Of a DNA stretch of 64,000 bases, positions 33,272 to 41,459 are shown piece by piece (the first letter of the stretch is position 1; each line of letters starts with the position of its first letter). The DNA lies in assembly GCA_017408525.1 (NCBI GenBank), contig JAFQUN010000108.1, positions 2,739 through 66,738 of the forward strand, written 5' to 3'. The notes below the pieces were generated by a model. The model searched no databases and had not been told where the DNA came from. It saw only the letters and a list, made by a program, of their open reading frames with translations. A program made the translations under genes and the position numbers. The stretch comes from Oscillospiraceae bacterium. Lineage in GTDB: Bacteria; Bacillota; Clostridia; Oscillospirales; Oscillospiraceae.

Positions 33272-34366
33272 ATGTCGAAAAAAATCAACCTGCTTGTCGT
33301 GATCTCCGGCGTTGCGGTCGGTATTGCGGCACTCGTACTCACGGCGCTGGGAAACCCTGCGAACATGGGCTTTTGCATCGCGTGCTTTTTGCGTGATATC
33401 GCGGGTGCAACGAAGATGCACTCCGCCGCGGTCGTCCAGTACGTCCGTCCCGAGATCATCGGTCTTGTTCTCGGCTCTTTCATCATGTCTGTTGCGACGC
33501 GTGAATTTAGGGCGAAAGCCGGCTCCTCGCCCGCGACCCGCTTTGTCATTGCGATGTTTGTGATGATCGGCGCGCTCGTTTTCCTCGGCTGCCCGCTCCG
33601 TATGGTCATCCGCATGGGCGGCGGCGACCTCAATGCCTTCGTCGGGCTTGCCGGTTTTGCCATCGGTATCATCATCGGTATCTTCTTCCTCAAAAAGGGC
33701 TTCAGCCTCAAGCGCAGCTATGAGGTCACGAAGACCGAGGGCGGCATCCTCCCCGGCGTGATGGTCGTTCTTTTCGGTCTGTTCCTCGCTGTTCCCACCA
33801 TCTTCGCATTCTCCGAAACGGGTCCCGGCTCCAAGCGCGCTCCCGTTTTCGTCGCACTCATCATCGCGCTCGTCATCGGTGCGCTTGCTCAGAAGTCCCG
33901 CCTTTGCATGGTCGGCGGTATGCGTGATGCGATCATGTTCCGCGACTTCAACCTGCTCTCCGGCTTCGCTGCCATCTTTGTGACGATCCTCATCGGCAAC
34001 GTCATTCTCGGCAAGTTTACCGGCTTTTCTACATATCTCCAGCCCATCGCCCACGCAAGCCAGCTTTGGAACCTGCTCGGCATGACGCTTGTTGGCTGGG
34101 GCAGCGTGTTGCTCGGTGGCTGCCCGCTTCGCCAGCTCATCCTCGCCGGTGAGGGCAATGGTGACTCCGCTGTGAGTGTTTTCGGCATGATCGTCGGCGC
34201 TGCCATCGCGCATAACTTCAAGCTCGCCGGCGCGGCTGCCTCCCTCTCCGAGGACGGTGTGTACTCCGTCGGCGGTATCGGCACTGCCGGTAAGGTTGCT
34301 GTGGTCATCGGCTTTGTGGTGTTTGCGATCATCTCCTTCATGAATATCGCAAAGGAGGAAAAGTAA
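33272..34366 (+). CDS. yedE: YedE-family putative selenium/sulfur-compound transport protein
   Basis: The start at 33272 (MSKKINLL) lies behind an AAAGGAG RBS. It is polytopic, with paired CxxC-like motifs (GFCIACFLRD, GCPLRMV, GCPLRQL) typical of YedE/FdhT-type proteins. Confidence 0.75.
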   Translation: MSKKINLLVVISGVAVGIAALVLTALGNPANMGFCIACFLRDIAGATKMHSAAVVQYVRPEIIGLVLGSFIMSVATREFRAKAGSSPATRFVIAMFVMIGALVFLGCPLRMVIRMGGGDLNAFVGLAGFAIGIIIGIFFLKKGFSLKRSYEVTKTEGGILPGVMVVLFGLFLAVPTIFAFSETGPGSKRAPVFVALIIALVIGALAQKSRLCMVGGMRDAIMFRDFNLLSGFAAIFVTILIGNVILGKFTGFSTYLQPIAHASQLWNLLGMTLVGWGSVLLGGCPLRQLILAGEGNGDSAVSVFGMIVGAAIAHNFKLAGAAASLSEDGVYSVGGIGTAGKVAVVIGFVVFAIISFMNIAKEEK

Positions 34367-34367
34367 C

Positions 34368-34568
34368 ATGGTGGATGCACGCGGTTATTCCTGCCCCATG
34401 CCTGTTGTGATGGTGCAGAAGGAAGTCAAGAAGAACCCCGATTCTCTCGAAGTGCTCGTTGACAACCGCACAGCGGTCGAAAACGTGTCGCGCTTTGCAA
34501 GAAACAGCGGCTATGAGGTGAGCGTTGCCGAAGAAGGCGGCGATTTCAAGCTGACGCTGAAAAAATAA
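34368..34568 (+). CDS. yedF: TusA/SirA-like sulfurtransferase (YedF-type)
   Basis: 66 aa. DARGYSCPMPVVM contains the conserved CPxP motif. Confidence 0.8.
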   Translation: MVDARGYSCPMPVVMVQKEVKKNPDSLEVLVDNRTAVENVSRFARNSGYEVSVAEEGGDFKLTLKK

Positions 34569-34574
34569 GAGAAT

Positions 34575-34613
34575 AAAAAAGCTGTCCGCTCCAGTGGGGC
34601 GGACAGCTTTTTT
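34575..34613. terminator. Bidirectional terminator between yedF and copA
   Basis: AAAAAAGCTGTCCGC-loop-GCGGACAGCTTTTTT. Confidence 0.8.
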
Positions 34614-37104
34614 ACTTGATATCAACGACCGTATAGCCTGCGTCGGTGACAGTCTTTTTCAAAAGCGCCTCGTCAAGCACGTTTTCCGAGCGGACGGTAG
34701 CTGTTTTTGCTTCGAGGTCCACTGTTGCCCTGACGCCGTCAAGCGCATTCAAAACGCTTTCAACACGACCGGAGCAGTGCGTACACATCATGCCTTCAAT
34801 GGTGAGGATCTTTTCATTCATCGCTGTTTCTTCCTTTCTTTCTTCTTTGTTTTTCGTTTGCGGGATATTGCACAGATCGCGCGCCGTTCCGCGCCAGCGC
34901 TGCAGACGCAGCGCATTGAAAACAACACATACCGATGAAAGGCTCATTGCCGCCGCGCCGAGCATCGGGCTGAGCTTGAAGGCAAAGGCGGGGTAGAAAA
35001 CGCCTGCGGCAATGGGGATACTGACGGAATTGTAGAAAAACGCCCAGAAAAGGTTCTGGCGGATGTTGCGCATGGTCGCACGCGAGACATCGACGGCATC
35101 CACGGCATCGAGAAGGTCGCTTTTCATCAGCACCACATCCGCCGATTCAATGGCGACATCTGTTCCCGTGCCAATGGCAAGCCCCACATCGGCGCGTGCA
35201 AGAGCAGGAGCGTCATTGATGCCGTCACCGATCATGGCAACGGTGCGCCCTTCGGCGCGAAGCTGCGCGACGCATTGCTCCTTGTCCTGCGGCAGCACCT
35301 CCGCGATGACGCGGTCGATGCCGACACTGCGGGCGATCGCATCCGCAGTTTGGTGGTTGTCGCCTGTGAGAAGCACGACCTCCATCCCTCTTGCCCGAAA
35401 AGCGGTGACCGCAGCCGCGCTTGTCGGCTTTACACGGTCGGCGAGGGCAATGATACCAAGAAGCGCACCGTCGGCAGCAAAGTAGAGCGGTGTTGCGCCG
35501 AGCGGGGCAAGCTTTGCCGCCTCCTCCGCGAGTGCCGAGCAGTCCACGCCGTGCGCCGCCATCAGCCTTTCATTTCCGCCAAGGACGCGGACCCCGCCAA
35601 GGATCGCGGCAACGCCGCCGCCCGGCATTGCCGTAAAACCGGTCGGTGTTTGTGAAAGGGGCAGCCCCTGTGCGCGCGCGTGGTCAACGATCGCGCGCGC
35701 GAGCGGATGCTCAGAGGACGATTCGAGCATCCCTGCAAGCGAGAGAAGGTGTGTCTCGTCGATACCGCGCGTGCAGATGATGTGCGTGACGGCAGGAGTT
35801 CCTTCGGTAACGGTACCTGTTTTATCGAGCACAACAGTGTCGACCTTGTGTAAAAGCTCAAGACTTTCGGCGGACTTTATCAATATGCCACGTTCTGCCG
35901 CACGCCCTGTTCCGACGGTGATCGCGACGGGCGTTGCAAGACCGAGCGCGCACGGACAGGAGATGACGAGCACTGCGATGGCGATGGAAAGCGCAAATGC
36001 CGTGTCTGCACCCGCAAAATGCCAGATAAGCGCGGAAACAAGAGCGATGGCGATAACGACGGGGACAAAAACGCCGGAGACCTGATCGGCAAGGCGCGCG
36101 ATGGGAGCTTTCGATGCTGCCGCATCCTCCATCAATCGCACGATCTGGGCAAGCGTCGTGTCGCTGCCGATGCGCGACGCCTGCACGCGCAGATAGCCGC
36201 TTTTGCAGATCGTCGCGGCGGTGACGGCATCCCCGACCTCTTTTTCAACGGGGAGGCTTTCGCCTGTGATGGCAGACTCGTCCACTGTGCCGCTGCCGAA
36301 AACGACCGTGCCGTCGACACCGATGCGCGCGCCCTGGCGCACGATGAGGATATCCCCGACAGAGACTTCCGATGCGCTGACGGTGACCTCCTCGCCATCG
36401 CGAAGGAGAACAACTGTGTCGGGTGCGAGCGCCATGAGCGCCGAAACAGCGCTCGTAGTGCGCCCGCGCGAGCGCTGTTCCATGTATTTGCCGATCGTTA
36501 CAAGCGAAACGATCATGCCTGCCGATTCAAAATACAGCTCCGGCATTGCGGCGCCATCGTGCGGGAGGAACATTTCGATCAGTGAGTACACCACACCTGC
36601 TGCTGCACCGAGCGCAACGAGCGAGTCCATATTCGGTGCAAGTGTAAAAAGACGGCGAAAGCCGTTTATGAAATACGAACGGTTTACATAAAGTATCGGC
36701 AGAAGGAGGACAAGCTGCAAAACGGCATGGCGCAAATGCGTTGCGGTGATGATGGCGGGGAGGGGGAGTCCCATCATGTGTCCCATCGAAAGATAAAAAA
36801 GCGGGAGAAGGAAAGCGAACGACACAGCAAGGCGCTGCCGCATCGCATGAAGCGTGCGCTCTGTTTCTGCATCCATGCGCGCGCGGGCGGCATCCTCCCA
36901 CACGGAGGCACCGTAGCCGGCGCGCACGACGGCATCAATGACGCTTTGCGCGGTGAGAGAGGGATCTTTCGCGTCTACGCGCATACGACCGCTCATCAAA
37001 TTGACCGAGACGGTATCGACGCCCGAAAGGGCGGATACGGCACGCTCCACATGTGCCGAGCAGGCGGCGCACGTCATGCCGGTGACAAGAAATGTGAGCG
37101 TCAC
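34612..37104 (-). CDS. copA: Copper-translocating P1B-type ATPase with an N-terminal HMA domain and an additional C-terminal HMA domain
   Basis: 830 aa. N-terminal GMTCAACSAHVE, TM6 CPC (SCPCALG), DKTGT, GDGINDAP. The C-terminal ~70 aa (MNEKILTIEGMMCTHCSGRVE...) form a CopZ-like module joined by a K/E-rich linker. Confidence 0.9.
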   Translation of the reverse strand: MTLTFLVTGMTCAACSAHVERAVSALSGVDTVSVNLMSGRMRVDAKDPSLTAQSVIDAVVRAGYGASVWEDAARARMDAETERTLHAMRQRLAVSFAFLLPLFYLSMGHMMGLPLPAIITATHLRHAVLQLVLLLPILYVNRSYFINGFRRLFTLAPNMDSLVALGAAAGVVYSLIEMFLPHDGAAMPELYFESAGMIVSLVTIGKYMEQRSRGRTTSAVSALMALAPDTVVLLRDGEEVTVSASEVSVGDILIVRQGARIGVDGTVVFGSGTVDESAITGESLPVEKEVGDAVTAATICKSGYLRVQASRIGSDTTLAQIVRLMEDAAASKAPIARLADQVSGVFVPVVIAIALVSALIWHFAGADTAFALSIAIAVLVISCPCALGLATPVAITVGTGRAAERGILIKSAESLELLHKVDTVVLDKTGTVTEGTPAVTHIICTRGIDETHLLSLAGMLESSSEHPLARAIVDHARAQGLPLSQTPTGFTAMPGGGVAAILGGVRVLGGNERLMAAHGVDCSALAEEAAKLAPLGATPLYFAADGALLGIIALADRVKPTSAAAVTAFRARGMEVVLLTGDNHQTADAIARSVGIDRVIAEVLPQDKEQCVAQLRAEGRTVAMIGDGINDAPALARADVGLAIGTGTDVAIESADVVLMKSDLLDAVDAVDVSRATMRNIRQNLFWAFFYNSVSIPIAAGVFYPAFAFKLSPMLGAAAMSLSSVCVVFNALRLQRWRGTARDLCNIPQTKNKEERKEETAMNEKILTIEGMMCTHCSGRVESVLNALDGVRATVDLEAKTATVRSENVLDEALLKKTVTDAGYTVVDIK

Positions 37105-37224
37105 GAAAAGTCCCTCCTATCTGCTGCACAGGGAAAAGCGCCCGTGCAATACTCTATGACCATAGAATATTATAGCACGGACGCGGGGGAAAAGTCCAAT
37201 CGAAAAAGGCGCTGTACCCATTTT

Positions 37225-37324
37225 TCGAAACAGCTTTTGAAAAGCCTCGCAGAGTTTCGCGTGCAAGCGGGTGACGCGCCGCCGCGCAAAAGACTCAAAA
37301 AAGATGCGGAGCATCTTTTTTGAA
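37225..37324 (+). repeat. Dispersed intergenic repeat, copy B
   Basis: AAAAGCCTCGCAGAGTTTCGCGTGC, then AAGCGGGTGACGCGCCGCCGCGCAAAAGAC, then hairpin TCAAAAAAGATGC-GGA-GCATCTTTTTTGA. The hairpin also serves as the terminator of spoVAE on the minus strand. Confidence 0.8.
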
Positions 37325-37329
37325 AGCAG

Positions 37330-37686
37330 TCAGCGTTTGTCGCCGGGGCGGAAGATGAGCGCCATCAAAACACCGAAAACGACGGCTGCTGTGATGCCGC
37401 CCGCTGTCGCGGTCAGACCTCCGGTGAGAACGCCGAGCCATCCGCTCTCGTCCACTGCTCGCTCCACGCCCTTTGCAAGCGCGTAGCCAAAGCCGGTCAG
37501 CGGAACGGTCGCGCCTGCGCCGCCCCAGTTTACGAGCGGCTCATATACGCCGACCGCCGTGAGGAGAACGCCCGTGACGACATAACCTGTGAGGATGCGG
37601 GCGGGGGTGAGTTTTGTGCGGTCAATGAGGATCTGTCCGATGGCACAGAGGATGCCGCCGCAGAGGAAAGCGTTGAGATATTCCAT
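37330..37686 (-). CDS. spoVAE: Stage V sporulation protein AE (SpoVAEB-type)
   Basis: 118 aa. MEYLNAFLCGGILCAIGQILIDRTKLTPARIL...VPLTGFGYALAKGV is the canonical SpoVAE pattern. Confidence 0.88.
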   Translation of the reverse strand: MEYLNAFLCGGILCAIGQILIDRTKLTPARILTGYVVTGVLLTAVGVYEPLVNWGGAGATVPLTGFGYALAKGVERAVDESGWLGVLTGGLTATAGGITAAVVFGVLMALIFRPGDKR

Positions 37687-37687
37687 G

Positions 37688-38722
37688 CTACATACCTCCT
37701 TTTTCCGTACTGATGCACACGGCGTGGCACACGGACGGGATCGATTCGCCCTGCATGCTTGATGTCGGCGAGAGCAGTGCGCCCGTCGGCGCGAGGACGA
37801 TGCGCTTCCATTTTCCCGCGCGCATCCCGCGAAGAAGGTAGCCGTTCAAAACGGCTGCCGCGCAGCCGCAGCCGGAGCCGCCCGCGTGCATATCCTGCTT
37901 TTCCCGGTCGTAGAGCAAAAGCCCGCAGTCGCCGCCGTTTTGACGAAGGTCGATGCCGTCTCGGAGGAGCTGTTCGACAAGGATCTGGTGACCGAGATAG
38001 CCGAGGTCACCCGTGAGAACGAGGTCGTAGTCGGAAGGTGCTGTTTTTGTGTCCTCAAAAAAAGCACGCAGCGTGTCGTATGCGGCAGGTGCCATGGCAG
38101 CGCCCATGTTGTTTGCGTCGGTGATGCCCTTGTCGATGACCTTGCCGCAGGTAACGTGTGTGACATACGGACCGTCACCGTCCTGTGAGAGGATGCAGCA
38201 GCCGGCGGCGGTCGCCGTCCATTGCGCGGTAGGTGTGCGCTGGTTTCCGTACGGGACAGGCATACGGTACTGGCGTTCTGCGGTGCAAAAGTGCGAGGAG
38301 GTCATCGCCGCTGCCGTGCGGGCAAAGCCGCCGTCAATGAGCATAGCGGCAAGAGACAGGCTCTCTCCCATCGTCGAGCACGCGCCGTAGAGTCCATAGA
38401 AGGGAACGGCGAAGTCGCGTACGCAGAACGACGTGCCGATACACTGGTTCAAAAGGTCGCCCGCAAGAAGATAGTCGAGTGATTCGGGGCGCATCCCTGC
38501 CTTTGAAAGCGCACATTCGAAGGCGCGGCGCTGCATCACGGATTCGGCTTTTTCCCATGTTTTTTCACCGAAGAAAGAATCGGTCGAAAGCTCATCAAAT
38601 TCATCTTTGAGAGGGCCTTCGCTCTCCAATTTTCCACCGATGCAGGCAAATCCCGCAACGCTTGGCGGCTTGGAAAGCGCCACGGTCTGTGCGCCGCAGC
38701 GTTTGGTGTTCATTTGCATCAC
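37688..38722 (-). CDS. spoVAD: Stage V sporulation protein AD
   Basis: 344 aa. Thiolase-like fold pattern (GDLLNQC...YGACST...GGSGCGC), immediately upstream of spoVAE. Confidence 0.88.
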   Translation of the reverse strand: MMQMNTKRCGAQTVALSKPPSVAGFACIGGKLESEGPLKDEFDELSTDSFFGEKTWEKAESVMQRRAFECALSKAGMRPESLDYLLAGDLLNQCIGTSFCVRDFAVPFYGLYGACSTMGESLSLAAMLIDGGFARTAAAMTSSHFCTAERQYRMPVPYGNQRTPTAQWTATAAGCCILSQDGDGPYVTHVTCGKVIDKGITDANNMGAAMAPAAYDTLRAFFEDTKTAPSDYDLVLTGDLGYLGHQILVEQLLRDGIDLRQNGGDCGLLLYDREKQDMHAGGSGCGCAAAVLNGYLLRGMRAGKWKRIVLAPTGALLSPTSSMQGESIPSVCHAVCISTEKGGM

Positions 38723-38910
38723 TCCCGGTGTTTATTTCCCATAGTGTGACCGAAATGACAAAAAATATTGCACGGCGCTATAAATGCCGCGTTTGATTTT
38801 TAAGAACGATCGCTTTATATGGAAAAACCGAAAAAAGTATGGTATACTCAGAACAGTATTTGCGCCGTATTCACGGATTTCCGGCGCGGCATTTCCGGAG
38901 GTTGGGATTT

Positions 38911-39828
38911 ATGGCTTATGTCACCGTCATCGGCGCTGCGAACATCGACATTGGCGGCGCGCCGAAAAAAGAACTTATTTCGCATGACTCCAATCCGGGA
39001 ACGGTCACGATGTCGCTCGGCGGTGTTGCGCATAACATTGCGGCGAACCTCTGCCTTTTGGGGTGTGAGACGAAGTTTATCTCCCTTTTTGGCGAAGACG
39101 ACTTTGCCGATATGCTTCGCGCCGATGCATCGCGCATCGGGCTTGACCTTTCGCAGTGCGAGGCAGTTCCCGGCGCGCGGACGTCCACATACCTTTTTGT
39201 AAACGACGCGCAGGGCGATATGCACATTGCTGTGAGCGATATGTCGATCTATGAGCATATGACACCCGATTTTCTGCGCGCGCGGATGGACGTGGTGAAC
39301 GGTTCCGCGCTCGTTGTTGCAGATACGAACATTCCACAGGAGAGCTTGCAATACCTTTGCGAAAATTGTACCGCGCCCATCCTCGTCGACCCCGTTTCGA
39401 CGGTGAAGGCGAAAAAACTCCTGCCGGTTTTGGGGAAGCTGTACGCCATCAAGCCCAACCGTATTGAGGCGCAGACGCTTGCAGGGATCGACTGCTCCGA
39501 CGAGGACGGTGTGCGCCGCGCGGCAGAGCGGCTTTTGGAGCTTGGTGTGCAGAATGTCTTTATTTCGCTCAGTGTTGACGGTGTGTTTGCGTGCAGTGCT
39601 GCGGGGGAGCGCGCGCGTGTGCGTCCGCCGAGGTTTGATGCCGTTTCGACAACGGGCGGCGGCGATGCGCTGGCGGCAGGACTTGCGATGTGCATGATGC
39701 GAGGGGATGACCTTGCATTGAGCGCGCGCTGTGCGCTCGCGGCAGGCACGGTCGCCTGTGAATCGGCGCAGACGATCAATCCCGATATGAGTTTTGAGGC
39801 AGTCATGAAACGGGCGGGGGAGATGTGA
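38911..39828 (+). CDS. psuK: Pseudouridine kinase (PfkB family, YeiC-like)
   Basis: VTVIGAANIDIGG...DSNPG...SLGGVAHNIAANL...VDPVS..K...KPNRIEAQTLAG...TTGGGDALAAGL is colinear with E. coli YeiC. Confidence 0.85.
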   Translation: MAYVTVIGAANIDIGGAPKKELISHDSNPGTVTMSLGGVAHNIAANLCLLGCETKFISLFGEDDFADMLRADASRIGLDLSQCEAVPGARTSTYLFVNDAQGDMHIAVSDMSIYEHMTPDFLRARMDVVNGSALVVADTNIPQESLQYLCENCTAPILVDPVSTVKAKKLLPVLGKLYAIKPNRIEAQTLAGIDCSDEDGVRRAAERLLELGVQNVFISLSVDGVFACSAAGERARVRPPRFDAVSTTGGGDALAAGLAMCMMRGDDLALSARCALAAGTVACESAQTINPDMSFEAVMKRAGEM

Positions 39829-39887
39829 GACCCTTTTCTTCCCCTTTAAAACGAATCCCAAAAACCATCACGAACGGAGGAAACGAT

Positions 39888-40820
39888 ATGAACAAGTACC
39901 TTGACATCAGCGAGCAGGTGCGTGAGGCGCTTGCAGCGGGCAAGCCCGTCGTCGCGCTGGAATCGACCATCATTTCCCACGGTATGCCGTATCCGCAGAA
40001 TGTGGAAACGGCGCTGAACGTTGAAAAGATCATCCGTGAGCTTGGCGCTGTCCCCGCGACGATCGCCATTATCGGCGGACGGCTGAAAGCAGGGCTTTCG
40101 CCGGAGGAGATCGACTATCTCGGACGGTCCGGCAGCGCTGTTGCCAAGGCGAGCCGCCGCGACCTCCCTGTACTCGTTGCACGCGGTGCAGACGGTGCGA
40201 CGACCGTTACGACGACCATGATGATCGCGGCGATGGCGGGCATCCGCGTTTTTGCGACCGGCGGTATCGGCGGCGTGCATCGCGGCGCGGAAACGACAAT
40301 GGATATTTCCGCTGACCTTGAAGAACTTGCGCAAACGCCTGTTGTGGTCGTGTGCGCCGGTGCGAAGGCGATCCTTGATCTTGGGCTTACGCTGGAGTAT
40401 CTCGAAACGAAAGGCGTCACTGTTGTCGGCTACGGCACGGAGGAGTTGCCTGCGTTCTATTCCCGAAAGAGCGGCTTTGGTGTTGATTACCGCATGGATA
40501 CGCCCGAGGAGATCGCAAAGGCGTTCCACGTCAAGCAGGAGCTGGGTCTTTGCGGCGGTATGCTCGTCACAAACCCCATTCCCGAGGAATATTCGATGCC
40601 GGAGGATGTTATCAACTCCGTCATTGATACGGCGGTCGCGGAGTGTGCCGCACAGGGCATTCACGGCAAGGAAACGACGCCGTTCCTTTTGAAGCGTGTC
40701 AAGGAGCTCACCGGCGGCGAGAGCCTTGAGAGCAATATCCAGCTTGTGTATAACAATGCGCGCCTTGCCGCGAAGACGGCTGCCGCGCTTGCGGCACTGG
40801 AGGAGAACGATCGTGGATGA
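39888..40820 (+). CDS. psuG: Pseudouridine-5'-phosphate glycosidase
   Basis: VALESTIISHGMPYPQN...ATGGIGGVHRG...DISADLEEL is the typical PsuG/YeiN (IndA family) pattern. ACGGAGG RBS upstream. Confidence 0.9.
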   Translation: MNKYLDISEQVREALAAGKPVVALESTIISHGMPYPQNVETALNVEKIIRELGAVPATIAIIGGRLKAGLSPEEIDYLGRSGSAVAKASRRDLPVLVARGADGATTVTTTMMIAAMAGIRVFATGGIGGVHRGAETTMDISADLEELAQTPVVVVCAGAKAILDLGLTLEYLETKGVTVVGYGTEELPAFYSRKSGFGVDYRMDTPEEIAKAFHVKQELGLCGGMLVTNPIPEEYSMPEDVINSVIDTAVAECAAQGIHGKETTPFLLKRVKELTGGESLESNIQLVYNNARLAAKTAAALAALEENDRG

Positions 40821-41103
40821 GCTGATCCTCTCGCCCGGGGGCATCCTTTTTTGCTACCTTCTTTTGATAAATGCCGCAACGTTTCTTGTTTACGGCTTTG
40901 ACAAGTGGCGTGCCCGCCGCGACGGTTGGCGCGTGCGTGAGCGCACGCTTTTTGTGCTGCCGCTGCTCGGCGGTACGGTTGGTGCTTTTTTGGGGATGCG
41001 CGTTTTCCGGCATAAGACGCGGCACTGGTATTTTGTCTTCGGCATTCCGGCGATTTTTGTACTGCAGGCTGCGCTCGTTATTTTTATACAGCTTCGCGCG
41101 TAA
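40813..41103 (+). CDS. DUF1294-domain membrane protein
   Basis: NAATFLVYGFDKWRARRDGWRVRERTLFVLPLLGGTVGAFLGMRVFRHKTRH is the DUF1294 signature. The start is uncertain: a GTG at 40813 overlaps the psuG end. Confidence 0.7.
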   Translation: MDELILSPGGILFCYLLLINAATFLVYGFDKWRARRDGWRVRERTLFVLPLLGGTVGAFLGMRVFRHKTRHWYFVFGIPAIFVLQAALVIFIQLRA

Positions 41104-41160
41104 CGCGATAGGTCATCGGCGCGGCGGAAAAGCTCCGCGCCGGTGACCTGTAAAAAACTG

Positions 41161-41189
41161 TTGACATAGCGGCGGATATATGATATGCT
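41161..41189 (+). promoter_or_regulatory. Sigma-A-like promoter of the tRNA pair
   Basis: TTGACA (41161-41166), a 17-nt spacer, then TATGCT. Confidence 0.55.
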
Positions 41190-41206
41190 ACTTGTTGCCG
41201 ATATCC

Positions 41207-41293
41207 GCCGGTGTGGTGGAATAGGTAGACACAGGGGACTTAAAATCCCCCGGTAGCGATACTGTACCGGTTCGAGTCCGGTCACCGGCACCA
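41207..41293 (+). tRNA. tRNA-Leu (anticodon TAA), class II with a long variable arm, CCA encoded
   Basis: Acceptor GCCGGTG/CACCGGC, anticodon loop CT-TAA-AA, variable arm CGGTAGCGATACTGTACCG, T-arm GGTTCGAGTCC. Confidence 0.9.
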
Positions 41294-41338
41294 ATCGCAT
41301 ATTTGCGGCGTAGTCGGGATATACTATATCATCTATAT

Positions 41339-41414
41339 CGCGGAGTGGAGCAGTTGGCAGCTCGTCGGGCTCATAACCCGGAGGCCGCAGGTTCAAGTCC
41401 TGCCTCCGCAACCA
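41339..41414 (+). tRNA. Initiator tRNA-Met (anticodon CAT), CCA encoded
   Basis: C1 x A72 mismatch at the end of the acceptor stem. Three G-C pairs (GGG/CCC) close the anticodon stem: TCGGGCTCATAACCCGG. T-arm GGTTCAAGTCC. Confidence 0.9.
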
Positions 41415-41415
41415 C

Positions 41416-41457
41416 AAGAAGTCCTGAAATCGCAAGATTTCGGGACTTCTCTTTTTA
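41416..41457 (+). terminator. Rho-independent terminator after the tRNA pair
   Basis: GAAGTCCTGAAATC-GCAA-GATTTCGGGACTTC followed by TCTTTTT. Confidence 0.8.
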
Positions 41458-41459
41458 TA

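Noticed and set aside
30084-34568. In-frame TGA (selenocysteine) genes within the selenium cluster.
   Set aside because: All six genes read through with Cys at the expected redox motifs (CPxP, GCPLR, AHCAP). No split ORF pair separated by a single TGA was seen.
41303-41459. 5' part of the 226-aa ORF spanning the tRNA-fMet gene.
   Set aside because: It is translated straight through a tRNA and its terminator, so it is an artefact of ORF calling. Only the distal part was considered, as a remnant.
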